Positions 9,759 to 19,353 of a stretch of 64,000 nt of DNA are shown one piece after another. How positions within the stretch are numbered: position 1 is the first letter of the stretch; the number at the start of each line of letters is the position of its first letter. Source of the DNA: an uncultured Acidobacteriaceae bacterium (GTDB lineage Bacteria; Acidobacteriota; Terriglobia; Terriglobales; Acidobacteriaceae); the NCBI GenBank assembly GCA_963757575.1, contig CAVWSD010000002.1:255069-319068 (forward strand), given 5' to 3'. The position numbers were made by a program, and so were the translations under genes. Below the pieces are notes generated by a model, which saw nothing but the letters and a program-made list of their open reading frames with translations, was not told the origin of the DNA and did not search any database.

Positions 9759-11390
9759 CTAGTGGGTTGTCTCCGCGTAGAAGCGGTTCATATCGTCGCG
9801 GTACTCCTTCAGCGCCTCCACATTCAGATAGATCATGTGGCCTGCCGGATAGTAGCCAAACTCCACATTGCTGCGCAGCGCCGGCTCCAGATACATGTGG
9901 TCCAGATCGTATTCGGTGGAGAAGAACGGCGTCGCCAGGTCGAAGTACCCATTCGCGGAGAACACCTTCAGCTTCGGGTTCTTGCGCATCGCATCGGCCA
10001 GGTCGCCGGCCACATATGGCAGTTGCATGGGACGTCCCCGGCCGCCCGGCGCCTTGTGCTTCCAGTCCCACGACTCGTTCACTTTCGGCCCGGAGACATA
10101 ATACGTATCTGCCGTGGGGTCGTTTAGATCGTGCGCAAGGTAGTCGTGAAACGCGGCAATGAACGCTCCGGCGATGCCTGTGTCCGAAGGATCGTACCCC
10201 GGCGTTTCACCCGCGGCGTCAATGTCCGTTCCCTCGAATCGGGCGTCGTAGCGCCCCAGGACCTCGCGCTCGCCGCGCAGCAGCTCCTTGCGGAAGCGCG
10301 ATGGATTGATCCGCAGGTTGGTCTGCTTCAGGTAATCGACGCTGAGTCCGGTGTAGCCACTCAGCTTCTGCGCCACCGCGTCCTTCTCCGCTGCCGGCAG
10401 CGCGTCGCCCTGCGCCAGCGCCTCGGCATAGGGCCCGCGCGCATACCGCCGGACTTCATCCAGGAAGGACTTCAAATCCGCCGGCTTCTGCGCCAGCTTG
10501 TTATGGAACCACGCAATGGCCGCATAGGACGGCAGATACACGACCGGCTCGGTATCGTATCCGGGCACGCGCACGCCGTAGTTCAGAATCGATGAGACCA
10601 GCACCACGCCATTCAGCTCAATGCCCTTCTCCTGCAGCGCATCCGCGAGAGCAGCCGAGCGGGTCGTGCCGTAGCTCTCGCCCATCAGGTACTTGGGCGA
10701 GTTCCAGCGCTTGTTCAGCGTGATGTAGCGCTCGATGAAGCGCTCAAACGCGGTCACGTCCTGGTCCGTGCCGGCAAAGTCCTTCTCCGTCGCCTTGCCC
10801 ACCGGCTTTGAGAAGCCGGTCCCCACGGCGTCGATGAACACCAGGTCGGTCTTGCCCAGCAGGCTGTATTCGTTGGGCACCAGCTTATAGGGCGCGGAGC
10901 CCGTCGCATCCGGACTCGCCGTGACCACGCGCATCGGCCCCACCGAGCCCATGTGCAGCCAGATCGTGGCTGCCCCTGGACCGCCGTTGTATAAGAACGT
11001 AATCGGGCGCGTTCCTTCCTCGCTGACAGCATCTTTCGTATACGCCACATAGAAGACGCTGCCGTAGGGCTTGTCATCATCGTCGTGAATGACCAGATTG
11101 CCTGCCGTCGCCGTGTATGCCACCGGCGTGCCCGCCGCCTTCCATTCGTGGTGCGTCACCACAGCCGACTCCGGCGGCACCGGCGTCTGTTTCTCATCTT
11201 TATGTTCTGTTTTTGCTTCGTCCTTCTTCTCGTCCTGCGCGTGCAGCGTGAGATGGCCAAAAGCGACGGTGCACGACAGGCATACTGCAGCAAGCGAGCG
11301 GGAAATTCCTAGCAATCCGGGGCCTCCAACAAAAGCGTCTAAAGCGGTGTCCAGAATAACCCAGCCTGCATTCCGCGACCGGCGAATCAT
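9759..11390 (-). CDS. serine carboxypeptidase, peptidase family S10
   Basis: GGPGAATIWLHMGSVGP, GESYGTT (Ser nucleophile context), C-terminal YPAGHMIY. Signal-like N-terminus. Confidence 0.85.
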   Translation of the reverse strand: MIRRSRNAGWVILDTALDAFVGGPGLLGISRSLAAVCLSCTVAFGHLTLHAQDEKKDEAKTEHKDEKQTPVPPESAVVTHHEWKAAGTPVAYTATAGNLVIHDDDDKPYGSVFYVAYTKDAVSEEGTRPITFLYNGGPGAATIWLHMGSVGPMRVVTASPDATGSAPYKLVPNEYSLLGKTDLVFIDAVGTGFSKPVGKATEKDFAGTDQDVTAFERFIERYITLNKRWNSPKYLMGESYGTTRSAALADALQEKGIELNGVVLVSSILNYGVRVPGYDTEPVVYLPSYAAIAWFHNKLAQKPADLKSFLDEVRRYARGPYAEALAQGDALPAAEKDAVAQKLSGYTGLSVDYLKQTNLRINPSRFRKELLRGEREVLGRYDARFEGTDIDAAGETPGYDPSDTGIAGAFIAAFHDYLAHDLNDPTADTYYVSGPKVNESWDWKHKAPGGRGRPMQLPYVAGDLADAMRKNPKLKVFSANGYFDLATPFFSTEYDLDHMYLEPALRSNVEFGYYPAGHMIYLNVEALKEYRDDMNRFYAETTH

Positions 11391-11453
11391 TTCCTGCGCA
11401 TCGCTACCGGCCTCGCCAACATCCTAAGTTATGAAAATCGACAGGAGATATGC

Positions 11454-11819
11454 GTGGCCAACGATCCCGATCCGAGAGAAGAGAGTGAACCGAAGGTCCT
11501 GCTCATCGCGCAACTGCGTGCCTTCCTGGTCAGCGGCGAGACCTTCGAGCTGCTGCCCATCCAGCATGAGCAGGATGTAAAAAGCGAAGTCGAGTCGCTG
11601 GTCCAGAGCTGGGCCGAATCCGGCTTCCTCGTCCACGGCCGCTTCATCTATCCGTGGCACCAGGTCAAGCACGTCGAGGTGACGGAAGTGGAAGAGATGC
11701 CGGTCGAGCTAGCGCACCAGCATTTTGAGGAGCTCTACGCTGCTGAGCGGGCCCGCACCCAGGAGGATTTCTGGCGCACGCGCCGCAAGACTGCGAAGGA
11801 AGAGACGGAAAAGAAGTAG
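11454..11819 (+). CDS. hypothetical protein
   Basis: ORF track; acidic 121-aa protein with no motif I recognise. Confidence 0.55.
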   Translation: MANDPDPREESEPKVLLIAQLRAFLVSGETFELLPIQHEQDVKSEVESLVQSWAESGFLVHGRFIYPWHQVKHVEVTEVEEMPVELAHQHFEELYAAERARTQEDFWRTRRKTAKEETEKK

Positions 11820-11843
11820 GGAGGGCCTTGGCTTTCCGGTTAA

Positions 11844-11876
11844 CATCTGGCGCGGAGCCGCACTCCGCGCCAGATG
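11844..11876. terminator. bidirectional hairpin terminator
   Basis: Perfect 14-bp stem catctggcgcggag / ctccgcgccagatg with loop ccgca, between convergent stops 11819 and 11884. Confidence 0.7.
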
Positions 11877-11883
11877 GTTTGGT

Positions 11884-14517
11884 CTACATCAGCCCCGCCG
11901 CGCTTGAACTGAGCCACTGCTGCAGGTTCCCGCTCTGCTCCGCGCGCAGGTCCACGCAGTCGTTGATCGAGTTCTGCGACCGCGTGAGCGCATTGGCCGA
12001 TGCCGCCACTTTGTGCGTGGTGAAGAAATCCTTCACCTCATCGCGCCGCTGCGCAGTGCAGAAAGCGCCGGTCGAACCCACCAGCTCGCCGCCCGTGAAC
12101 ATCGTAAACTGCGCCTTCACCTTGTCCCAGTTGTCTGCGATGTACTTCCATGCAGCATCCTGTGTGTTAGGACTCCGCAGTGCGATCGCGAACAGGGTGA
12201 TCGAATCCTGGTTCCGCACCTTGCCCGAGGTCGCATAGTCCAGTGCGCGGCGCGTCAGCTCGGGATTCTTGAACCGCGCCAGCTCATACAGTGCGCCACT
12301 CGCAATACCCGGGTCCTTGGAGGTCTCAGCCGTCTTCTGCAGCAGATCGAAGAATGCCGCGTCGCCGTTCGTAGCCGCAACGGCCGCCGCAGTGCGAGCC
12401 AGCGTGGCATTCACCTTGCCCGGATCGGCCAGGTATTGCTCGGCAATCTGGCGACTCTCGGCAATCACCTTCGGATCCTGGCCGATGCCGCCTACCAGCC
12501 CGAACAACTCCGCGCGCAATTCCTGCCGCTCTGGCGTGTCGCTCTGCTGCGGCTCACCCAGGGTGGCCAGCCTCGGCCTGTAGGTCGCAACCACCCATGC
12601 GGAAAGTTCCTTGCGCTCCGCATCCGTATCCGCCACGCGGGTCCACAGTGTGTTGATGCCGCCGATGACGTTCTCGGTAACGGCAGCGCTGTCGTCGTTC
12701 TTCAGCCTCGCCGCCAGCGACAGGAAATCTCCCGCCTTGCTCTTGCCGGCGCGCATCAGCGCCAACTGATCGCCCACCACATTGATGCGCTCCGGCGCCG
12801 TCAGCGTCGAGACATGCGACAGCAGCGCCTCATAGTCCGGAGCCGTGTATGCGGAACGGTAGTAGCCCGCCGCACCGCTATCCGCATAGAACAGCGGCGT
12901 AGTCGGCACCTTCAGCGTGGCCTCTTTGTTGGTCAGCAACTCACAATCGCGCTTCGCGCCTTCGGTCTTGAAGCACACGGGGACCGTCCAAACCTGGTTG
13001 ACAGTGTCCCCCGGTTCCGTCTTCGGATTCAGGAAGAACCGGCTCTGCATCACCGGCACCTCACCATTCGCCACCTTGCCAAAGGTCAGCAGCGGTACGC
13101 CCGGCTCGCCGATGAAGCTCTCCATGATCTTGTCCACCGGCTTGTGGCTGTTGGCCGTCTGCGCATTCCAGAAGTCTTCCGCCGTCGCGTTGCCGTACAT
13201 GTGCGCCTGCAGGTAGTTGTGTACGCCCTGCCGGAAGGTCTCCTCTCCGAGATAACTCTCCACCATGTGCAGGATCGACCCGCCCTTCGCATAGGTGATG
13301 CCATCGAACATCTCGTTGATCTCGTCCGGCGTGTTCGCCTCCGCGCGGATGGTGCGCGTTACCTTCTGCGCATCGAGGTTCATTGCTCCGTTCATGTCGC
13401 TGGCCACGTCCTCGTCGATGTGCCACTCCGGCTTCCACGCCTCCAGCGGCTTGTTCGACATCCAGGTGGCGAAGCCCTCATTCAGCCAGATGTTGTTCCA
13501 CCACTTCATGGTCACCATGTCACCGAACCACTGGTGCGCCATCTCATGCGCCACCACCGAAGCCACCTCGGCCTCCGCGCTTATGGGCGCATTCTTCTCA
13601 TCCACCAGCATGTCCGACTCGCGATACGTGATGGCGCCAAAGTTCTCCATCGCTCCCGCTTCAAAGTCAGGAATGCCGATCATGTCCAGCTTCGGCATCG
13701 GATACTTGATACCGAAATAGGTGTCGTAGTAGTGCAGGATGTACTCCGCCGACGTCAGCGCAAAGTGCGCGTACTGCACGCGCTCCGGCGTGGCGCACGC
13801 GCGAATCGGCACACCATCACTCGAACCCTCGATGCATTTGAAGTCGCCAATCAGAAACGCCATCAGATACGTGGACATCTTTGGCGTCCGCGCAAACTGA
13901 ACCGTATGCTCGCCTGCCGCCGGCCCTGCGGTGTCCGAGATCGCGTTGGTGTTCGAGATCACCATGTCCTCCTTCGGCGCGACGATGGTGACATCGAAGG
14001 TGGCCTTGAAGTCCGGCTCATCGAACGATGGGAAGGCGCGGCGCGCATCGGTGGATTCGAACTGCGTCACCGCATAGCGACGTCCCTCGGCCTTGGATAA
14101 ATAAAAACCACGCAGCTTGTCGTTCAGGATGCCGGTGTACGCAATCTTCAGCGTCACCGGTCCCGCCGGAAGTGTGCCCGGAAACTTGAAGGTCGCCTGC
14201 TGCTTCGCAGCATCCAGTGACACATCCGCCTTCATCTCGGGCTTCCCGGCATTCGCGATCACTGACTGGAACTGGATCCCCACCGCATTCAAGGTGATCG
14301 AGTCTGCCGGCTGCGCCAGCGTCACATCGATCGTCTCATCGCCGCTGAAGGTGGCCTTGTCGATGTCCGGCGTCAGGCGCAGCGTGTAGTGCTCCGGGCG
14401 CACATTCGTGGGCAGGCGCTGAGCCATTAGCGCAGGAGCGGCAATCAACACGAGAGCAGCGGCAACACCGGCCAGCCGGGTAGCCGGCCGACGGAGGAGA
14501 GAGGGCAACAATGTCAT
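11884..14517 (-). CDS. pepN: M1-family aminopeptidase (aminopeptidase N-like), exported
   Basis: GAMENFG and HEMAHQWFGDMVTMKWWNNIWLNEGFA (HEXXH-18-E). Signal peptide MTLLPSLLRRPATRLAGVAAALVLIAAPALMA. Confidence 0.9.
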   Translation of the reverse strand: MTLLPSLLRRPATRLAGVAAALVLIAAPALMAQRLPTNVRPEHYTLRLTPDIDKATFSGDETIDVTLAQPADSITLNAVGIQFQSVIANAGKPEMKADVSLDAAKQQATFKFPGTLPAGPVTLKIAYTGILNDKLRGFYLSKAEGRRYAVTQFESTDARRAFPSFDEPDFKATFDVTIVAPKEDMVISNTNAISDTAGPAAGEHTVQFARTPKMSTYLMAFLIGDFKCIEGSSDGVPIRACATPERVQYAHFALTSAEYILHYYDTYFGIKYPMPKLDMIGIPDFEAGAMENFGAITYRESDMLVDEKNAPISAEAEVASVVAHEMAHQWFGDMVTMKWWNNIWLNEGFATWMSNKPLEAWKPEWHIDEDVASDMNGAMNLDAQKVTRTIRAEANTPDEINEMFDGITYAKGGSILHMVESYLGEETFRQGVHNYLQAHMYGNATAEDFWNAQTANSHKPVDKIMESFIGEPGVPLLTFGKVANGEVPVMQSRFFLNPKTEPGDTVNQVWTVPVCFKTEGAKRDCELLTNKEATLKVPTTPLFYADSGAAGYYRSAYTAPDYEALLSHVSTLTAPERINVVGDQLALMRAGKSKAGDFLSLAARLKNDDSAAVTENVIGGINTLWTRVADTDAERKELSAWVVATYRPRLATLGEPQQSDTPERQELRAELFGLVGGIGQDPKVIAESRQIAEQYLADPGKVNATLARTAAAVAATNGDAAFFDLLQKTAETSKDPGIASGALYELARFKNPELTRRALDYATSGKVRNQDSITLFAIALRSPNTQDAAWKYIADNWDKVKAQFTMFTGGELVGSTGAFCTAQRRDEVKDFFTTHKVAASANALTRSQNSINDCVDLRAEQSGNLQQWLSSSAAGLM

Positions 14518-14751
14518 AAGTACCTCTACAGATAGATAGGCTCCAGAAGGGAGCCTGACCGAAAAAGCACAACCTTCTACTTTAAATCAGGAAATGCAGC
14601 CGTAGAGCAGGTTTGGGATGAGTCGCTGTAAGGAACGCAGCGCAGGCCGGAATAGTTCCCCAATACGAAATCCCGGGTGGGAGCCTATGCTGTCTGGAGC
14701 TACCTTCGCCAGGCCACGCTAAATGAAACCACCGTCGAAGAGGAGTCCACG

Positions 14752-15273
14752 ATGATTGCATCCGTCTTTGTCGGTACCAGCCTCGACGGCTTCATTGCGC
14801 GACCGAACGGCGCCTTCGACTTTCTACCGGCGGACGGTGGCGAATCTCATGGCTACGAAGAATTCATAGCCACCGTCGATGCGATCGTGATGGGCCGCAA
14901 TACTTTCGAGACGGTTCTCACGCTTGGACCGTGGCCCTATGGCGATAAGCGCGTCGTCGTCTTGAGTAGCCGCCCCTCGATTTGTCGGCGGTCCGCGAAG
15001 GCGTCTTGAACAAATGGCCGGCCCTCCGGAACAGATCGTCTCGCAGCTCGCCGCCAGCGGTGCCCACCATCTCTACGTCGACGGCGGCATCACGATTCAG
15101 CGTTCCTGCGCGCAGGCCTCATTCAACGTCTCACCATCACGCGTGTTCCCGTGCTCATTGGGGAGGGCATCCCTCTCTTCGGCAGCCTGCCGCATGACAT
15201 TCAGCTCCGCCACATCGCAACGCGCCACTATCCCAGCGGCTTGGTCAGCAGCGAATACCACGTTGTCGCGTAG
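14752..15273 (+). pseudogene. RibD C-terminal domain / dihydrofolate reductase-family protein, disrupted by three -1 frame changes
   Basis: GAGGAG RBS + ATG 14752. The reading frame must move 1>0>2>1 to read MIASVFVGTSLDGFIARPNG...VVVLSSRP|LDLSAVREGVL|EQMAGPPEQIVSQLAASGAHHLYVDGGITIQR|FLRAGLIQRLTITRVPVLIGEGIPLFGSLPHDIQLRHIATRHYPSGLVSSEYHVVA*. Junctions at the C-run 14973-76, G 15008 and TT 15103-04. Confidence 0.8.
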
Positions 15274-15338
15274 AGTGAATTTTCTGTAGGTCTACGTCGC
15301 ACGCCATGCGACCAGATCGGTTGCCGCCCACAACAGTG

Positions 15339-15408
15339 AACGTGAGCGGCCAAAGGGAGCGAACCCCACAGCCCACGCCGCAGGCGCCTCTGCCTGGATG
15401 GCAAATCC
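15339..15408. repeat. dispersed ~70-nt intergenic repeat, copy 1 (abuts copD TAG stop)
   Basis: aacgtgagcggccaaagggagcgaacc...tctgcctggatggcaaatcc. The 20-nt block 15389..15408 is identical to 40995..41014. Confidence 0.75.
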
Positions 15409-17028
15409 CTACATCTCCCGATAATCCAGCAGCACCATCCCCACCAGCATCAGGGCCACCGGCCAGACATAACCGGCAATCCGCCGCTCGCCCTCTTCCT
15501 TCGGCAGCCGCAGCTCCAGCCAGCGCGCCCAGCCGGCGGTCACGCCAAACAGCGCCAGGGCCGCGTGATTCATCAGCACCAGCACCTCCTCTTTGCCGTC
15601 GCCAAGAGAGTGGTTATGCGTCAGCAGCATCGCCGCGCCCGCCGCGCACATCAGCGGAAACGCATACCGCGCCCACGCTGCGCGCAGACTTGCCCGCCTG
15701 CACCGCGCATTCAAACGCGGCAAATGCCAGAATCAGCGCTGCCGCCGCCCGATGCTGCAACACATCCGGCTCAAAGAAGCTGCCCCAGAACGGGCGCGGG
15801 CCCAGCGGCCAGTTCTCCGGATCGGCGCGCAGCAGAATAAACACCGCCAGCCCCGCGAAGCTCACCGGCCAGAAGCGCGCCCAGCGCATTCTGCGGAAGC
15901 GGCTCAGCCAGCGCGAGCGCGCCCGCCAGCAACACCACCAGTCCCGCCCAGTGATGGTTGTACTCCGACCACGCCATGTCGTTCGCATCGCTCGCCGCCG
16001 GTGGCTGATACTGCGCCGTCTTCACCGCCACATCGATCGGCGTCGCCGGCACCAGCGCCGCATATGGCGGACTCTTCAGCCGCGGCGTCTCCCACCGCAT
16101 GCGCGCGTCGAATCTCATGTAGCGTCAGCCGGTCCATCGGCATGTCGGCTGCGGGTGGTTGGGAGGTCAGCGCCGCCGCCGCAAGGATCGCCGTAAGCCC
16201 CAGCGCCAGCTCGACCTCTGCAAATCGCCGCAGCCGCATCAGCAACCGCAGCGGCGCGCGCTCCACCTCTCGCGCCACGTACCAGTTTGCCGCGCCCAGC
16301 ATCAGGATCAGCAGCAGCAGGCACGACTTCACCATCACCAGCACGCCGTAGCTCGTGCCGTAGAGCCCTGAAGGCGACGCGACATAAAACCACGCCAGCC
16401 CAATGCCCGCGCCCAGCAGCACTGCCGCCGCCACCATCGCCATGCGGGAGAAACGAGCGACCACGCGCCGCGCCACGGCGATCTCCTCGGTCCGCTTCAG
16501 CGTGATCAGCAGAAACGGCATCGCGCCAATCCACGCCGCCGTGCCCAGATGATGCAGAGCGGTGAACGCCGTCAGCACGACACGGTGGTCCATCCGCGAG
16601 ACGGCATGGCTGAGCGCCACTGCCGATCCCATCAGCCCGATAGCTGCCGCGAGCATCGCCGCCTGTACCCAGAGGTTCAATCTCTGCGGAGAGAACCGCG
16701 CCAGCAGCAACAGCGCCAGCGCGCAGAATACAGACGAAGACTCGGCCAGGAGTGGGCCGCCGCTCATCGCCTGCGCGGCCGTCATTCCGGAGTTGCCGGC
16801 CACCATCGACGTTTCGACCACCGCCGACGCGATCTCCGCCAGCACCATCGCCAGCGCCGCCCACTCGATGCCACGGCGGCACGCGCGCAACGCACGCTCC
16901 TCTGCGCCGCCCGGCACACCTGCCGCGATAAGGAAGAGCACGCCCCCCGCCAGCAGCGCTTCGAGCGAGAGCGTCGCCGCATGCAGCAGCATCGACAGCA
17001 GATCGAAATCGTTGAGGAGCCAGATCAA
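15409..17028 (-). pseudogene. copD: CopD-family copper resistance membrane protein with His-rich C-terminal TM extension, split over four reading frames
   Basis: ORFs 15904..17028, 15771..16118, 15614..15988 and 15409..15723 each carry only part of one membrane protein (...LTLHEI | RMRWETPRLKSPPYAALVP...EYNHHWAGLVVLLAGALAL | LSRFRRMRWARFWPVSFAGLAVFILLRADPENW...AAFECAVQAGK | LRAAWARYAFPLMCAAGAAMLLTHNHS...LLDYREM*). Junctions near 16110, 15908 and 15688. Confidence 0.75.
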
Positions 17029-17046
17029 GCTGCGCGCCTGCTGTCG

Positions 17047-17424
17047 TCAACCGACACGAAAGCTCACGACTCCGCGCGAGATGTGCCCGTCGGTCGCCTG
17101 CACCTGCCACTCCAGCTTGTACGCGCCAGCTGCCAGCGCACTCGCCTTCGCGACCAGCAGGTTCGGCGCGGCATGCGCATCCGCTGCCAGCGTCTGCGCC
17201 TTGCCATCCGGCCCCGTCAGGTGCAGCGAAGAATGCTGTGCATCGATGCGCGAGTTGTAGGTGAGCGTGATCTCCACGTCGCCTGCCTTGACTGTGGCGC
17301 CTTGCGCGGGCGAAGACTTCACCAGCACCGCATGCGCAAACGCTGCGTGCGGAAGCAGAAAGAGAAGCGCGATGGCAAGCGCTACAACACTTGCTCGCTG
17401 ACGAAAGCTGACGTTCCCGTGCAT
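17047..17424 (-). CDS. copC: CopC-domain copper resistance protein, periplasmic
   Basis: ORF 17047..17505; ATG 17424 gives the signal peptide MHGNVSFRQRASVVALAIALLFLLPHAAFA, followed by HAVLVKSSPAQGATV...YKLEWQVQATDGH. Confidence 0.8.
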   Translation of the reverse strand: MHGNVSFRQRASVVALAIALLFLLPHAAFAHAVLVKSSPAQGATVKAGDVEITLTYNSRIDAQHSSLHLTGPDGKAQTLAADAHAAPNLLVAKASALAAGAYKLEWQVQATDGHISRGVVSFRVG

Positions 17425-17518
17425 AACCAATGTATTGCTCCTAAGTAGTGATGAAAGCACACGCGGAACCGCTCTGAAAGCGCTCCGAACACATCGTGAC
17501 GTCATTGTGACAGGATCG

Positions 17519-18544
17519 TTACACCGACGCGGCGCGCTCCGAGTGTCCGCTCAGCTCCGTCGCCCGCGCCTCCGCATACGCCGCCGCGCCCATCAGCGCT
17601 GCGCGGCTCTCCAGGATCACGCGTACCGGCGTCTGCACCAGCAGATCGCTCAACCGCCCCTTGTCCGCGAAGGCCTTCATGAAGGCGCCGTCCTGCAGCT
17701 TCTTCAAAATCTTCGGCGCGATGCCGCCGCCCACGTACACCCCGCCGGTCGAGAGCACCTTCAGCGCCAGGTTCCCTGCCTCGGCGCCATACGCGCCCAC
17801 CACGATGTCCAGCGTCTTCGCGCAGATCTCGCTCTTGCCGGATTCGCCCAGCTCGCCAATCACCGCGTTCGGATCTTCCGCTGCCAGCCGATCGCGCAGC
17901 CACGCCGGCTCCTCCATCTTCCGCACCTCGCGCAGAAAGTCGTAGACGTCCTTGATGCCGACGCCCGCAATCACGCGCTCATAACTTACGCGGCCGCCCA
18001 GCTTCTTCTGCAGATGCCGCAGCAGGTCGATCTCGTCCTCATTGCGCGCGGCAAAGTCGCAGTGTCCGCCCTCGGAGGCCATGGGAATATGCCGCTTGCC
18101 GTTCCACACCAGGAACGCCTCGCCCAGGCCCGTACCCGCCGAAATCAACGCGCGATTGCCTGCCGCGCTTGCATCGCCTGGGCTCAGCGTAAAGATCTGG
18201 TCCGCCTTCAGCTCAGGAATTCCGTATCCGTTCGCTTCGAGATCGTTGATCAGGAAGACGTGGTCGATGCTGAGATCGAGCGACAATTTGCGGCTGTCCA
18301 GCATCCACGGCAGGTTGGTGAGGCGCAGCACGCCGTGGCGCACCGGCCCGGGTACGCCGAAGCACGCAGCGGAAATCTTCCCCTCCTGCTGCTGCTCGGC
18401 CACGAACTCCTGCACAATTGCTTCGAGCCCCGGATAATCTTTCGCGGGATACCGCTTCTCCGCCGCGTGATGCAACGCGCCACTCTGAAAATCAAAAAGC
18501 GCCAGCGCGACTTTCGTGCCGCCTACATCGCCAGCCAGGATCAA
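17519..18544 (-). CDS. glk: glucokinase
   Basis: MILAGDVGGTKVALALF ATP-binding start; Glk-type length and layout. Confidence 0.85.
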   Translation of the reverse strand: MILAGDVGGTKVALALFDFQSGALHHAAEKRYPAKDYPGLEAIVQEFVAEQQQEGKISAACFGVPGPVRHGVLRLTNLPWMLDSRKLSLDLSIDHVFLINDLEANGYGIPELKADQIFTLSPGDASAAGNRALISAGTGLGEAFLVWNGKRHIPMASEGGHCDFAARNEDEIDLLRHLQKKLGGRVSYERVIAGVGIKDVYDFLREVRKMEEPAWLRDRLAAEDPNAVIGELGESGKSEICAKTLDIVVGAYGAEAGNLALKVLSTGGVYVGGGIAPKILKKLQDGAFMKAFADKGRLSDLLVQTPVRVILESRAALMGAAAYAEARATELSGHSERAASV

Positions 18545-19347
18545 CGGGAAACCTCCAGCACGCCCACGCCGTCCGCATTCGGCTTCGGCAGCAACGCCGC
18601 CGCATCGCGGTCCAGCAGCAGCGTCAACCGGCCCGACGCCGGACGGATGAGCTGCGCGGGGAGCGTTTCGGGATCGTATCCGCCCAGAAACACCCGGCGC
18701 AAGGTCTCCGCCTTCGCCGCGCCCTTCAGCAGGAAGGAGACATCTTGCCCCTCGTTGATCACCGGCCAGGTCAGCGTCAGGCGCCAGGTATCCTTTTGCG
18801 GCACCTGGTTGGCCACCGCAATGCGGCCCAGCTCATGCAGCGCCTGGGTATGCGGAAACAGCGACGCCGTGTGCCCGTCATCGCCCATGCCGAGCGACAC
18901 GATCTGGAACTGCGGCATCTGTGCGCCTTCGAGGCGAAAGGCTGCACGAATCGCCGACTCGTACTTCGCTGCCGCTTCCTCCGGGTCCAGCTCACCGGGA
19001 ATGCGATAGACCTGCGATGGCTCGATGGGCACCTTGTCCAGCAGCGCCGCCTTGGCCATCCCGTAGTTGCTGTCCTTGTCATCGGGCGGGACGCAGCGCT
19101 CATCCACAAAGAAGAATCCCAGCCGCTCCCAGGGCACCAGCGCGCGGTACGGCTTCGAGTCATCTGCCAGCAGATCGAAGATCGCCTTCGGCGTGGTGCC
19201 GCCGGAGAAGGCCACATTCACATTGTTGGCGATATCGATCGCCTTGGCGAAGTCGGCCATCTTGTTCGCATAATAAGCAGCCGCCCCTTCGGCGAAGGGG
19301 GCGCCGTTCTCAAACACCCGATATGTAACCGTGACTGGTCTCGGCAC
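18541..19347 (-). CDS. pgl: 6-phosphogluconolactonase
   Basis: FFFVDERCVPPDDKDSNYG and SLGMGDDGHTASLFP. 4-nt overlap with glk. Confidence 0.85.
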   Translation of the reverse strand: MPRPVTVTYRVFENGAPFAEGAAAYYANKMADFAKAIDIANNVNVAFSGGTTPKAIFDLLADDSKPYRALVPWERLGFFFVDERCVPPDDKDSNYGMAKAALLDKVPIEPSQVYRIPGELDPEEAAAKYESAIRAAFRLEGAQMPQFQIVSLGMGDDGHTASLFPHTQALHELGRIAVANQVPQKDTWRLTLTWPVINEGQDVSFLLKGAAKAETLRRVFLGGYDPETLPAQLIRPASGRLTLLLDRDAAALLPKPNADGVGVLEVSR

Positions 19348-19353
19348 TCTTCC

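Noticed and set aside
14973-15104. Programmed ribosomal frameshifting as an explanation for the multi-frame genes
   Set aside because: There is no slippery heptamer plus downstream structure at the junctions, and three successive shifts in 130 bp are implausible as a programmed mechanism. Indel error or mutation is simpler.
15306-17110. Long ORFs 15306..16196 (+), 16115..17110 (-) and 16549..17448 (+) around copD
   Set aside because: Low-complexity Arg/Ala/Pro sequences out of frame with, or antisense to, the CopD membrane-protein signal.
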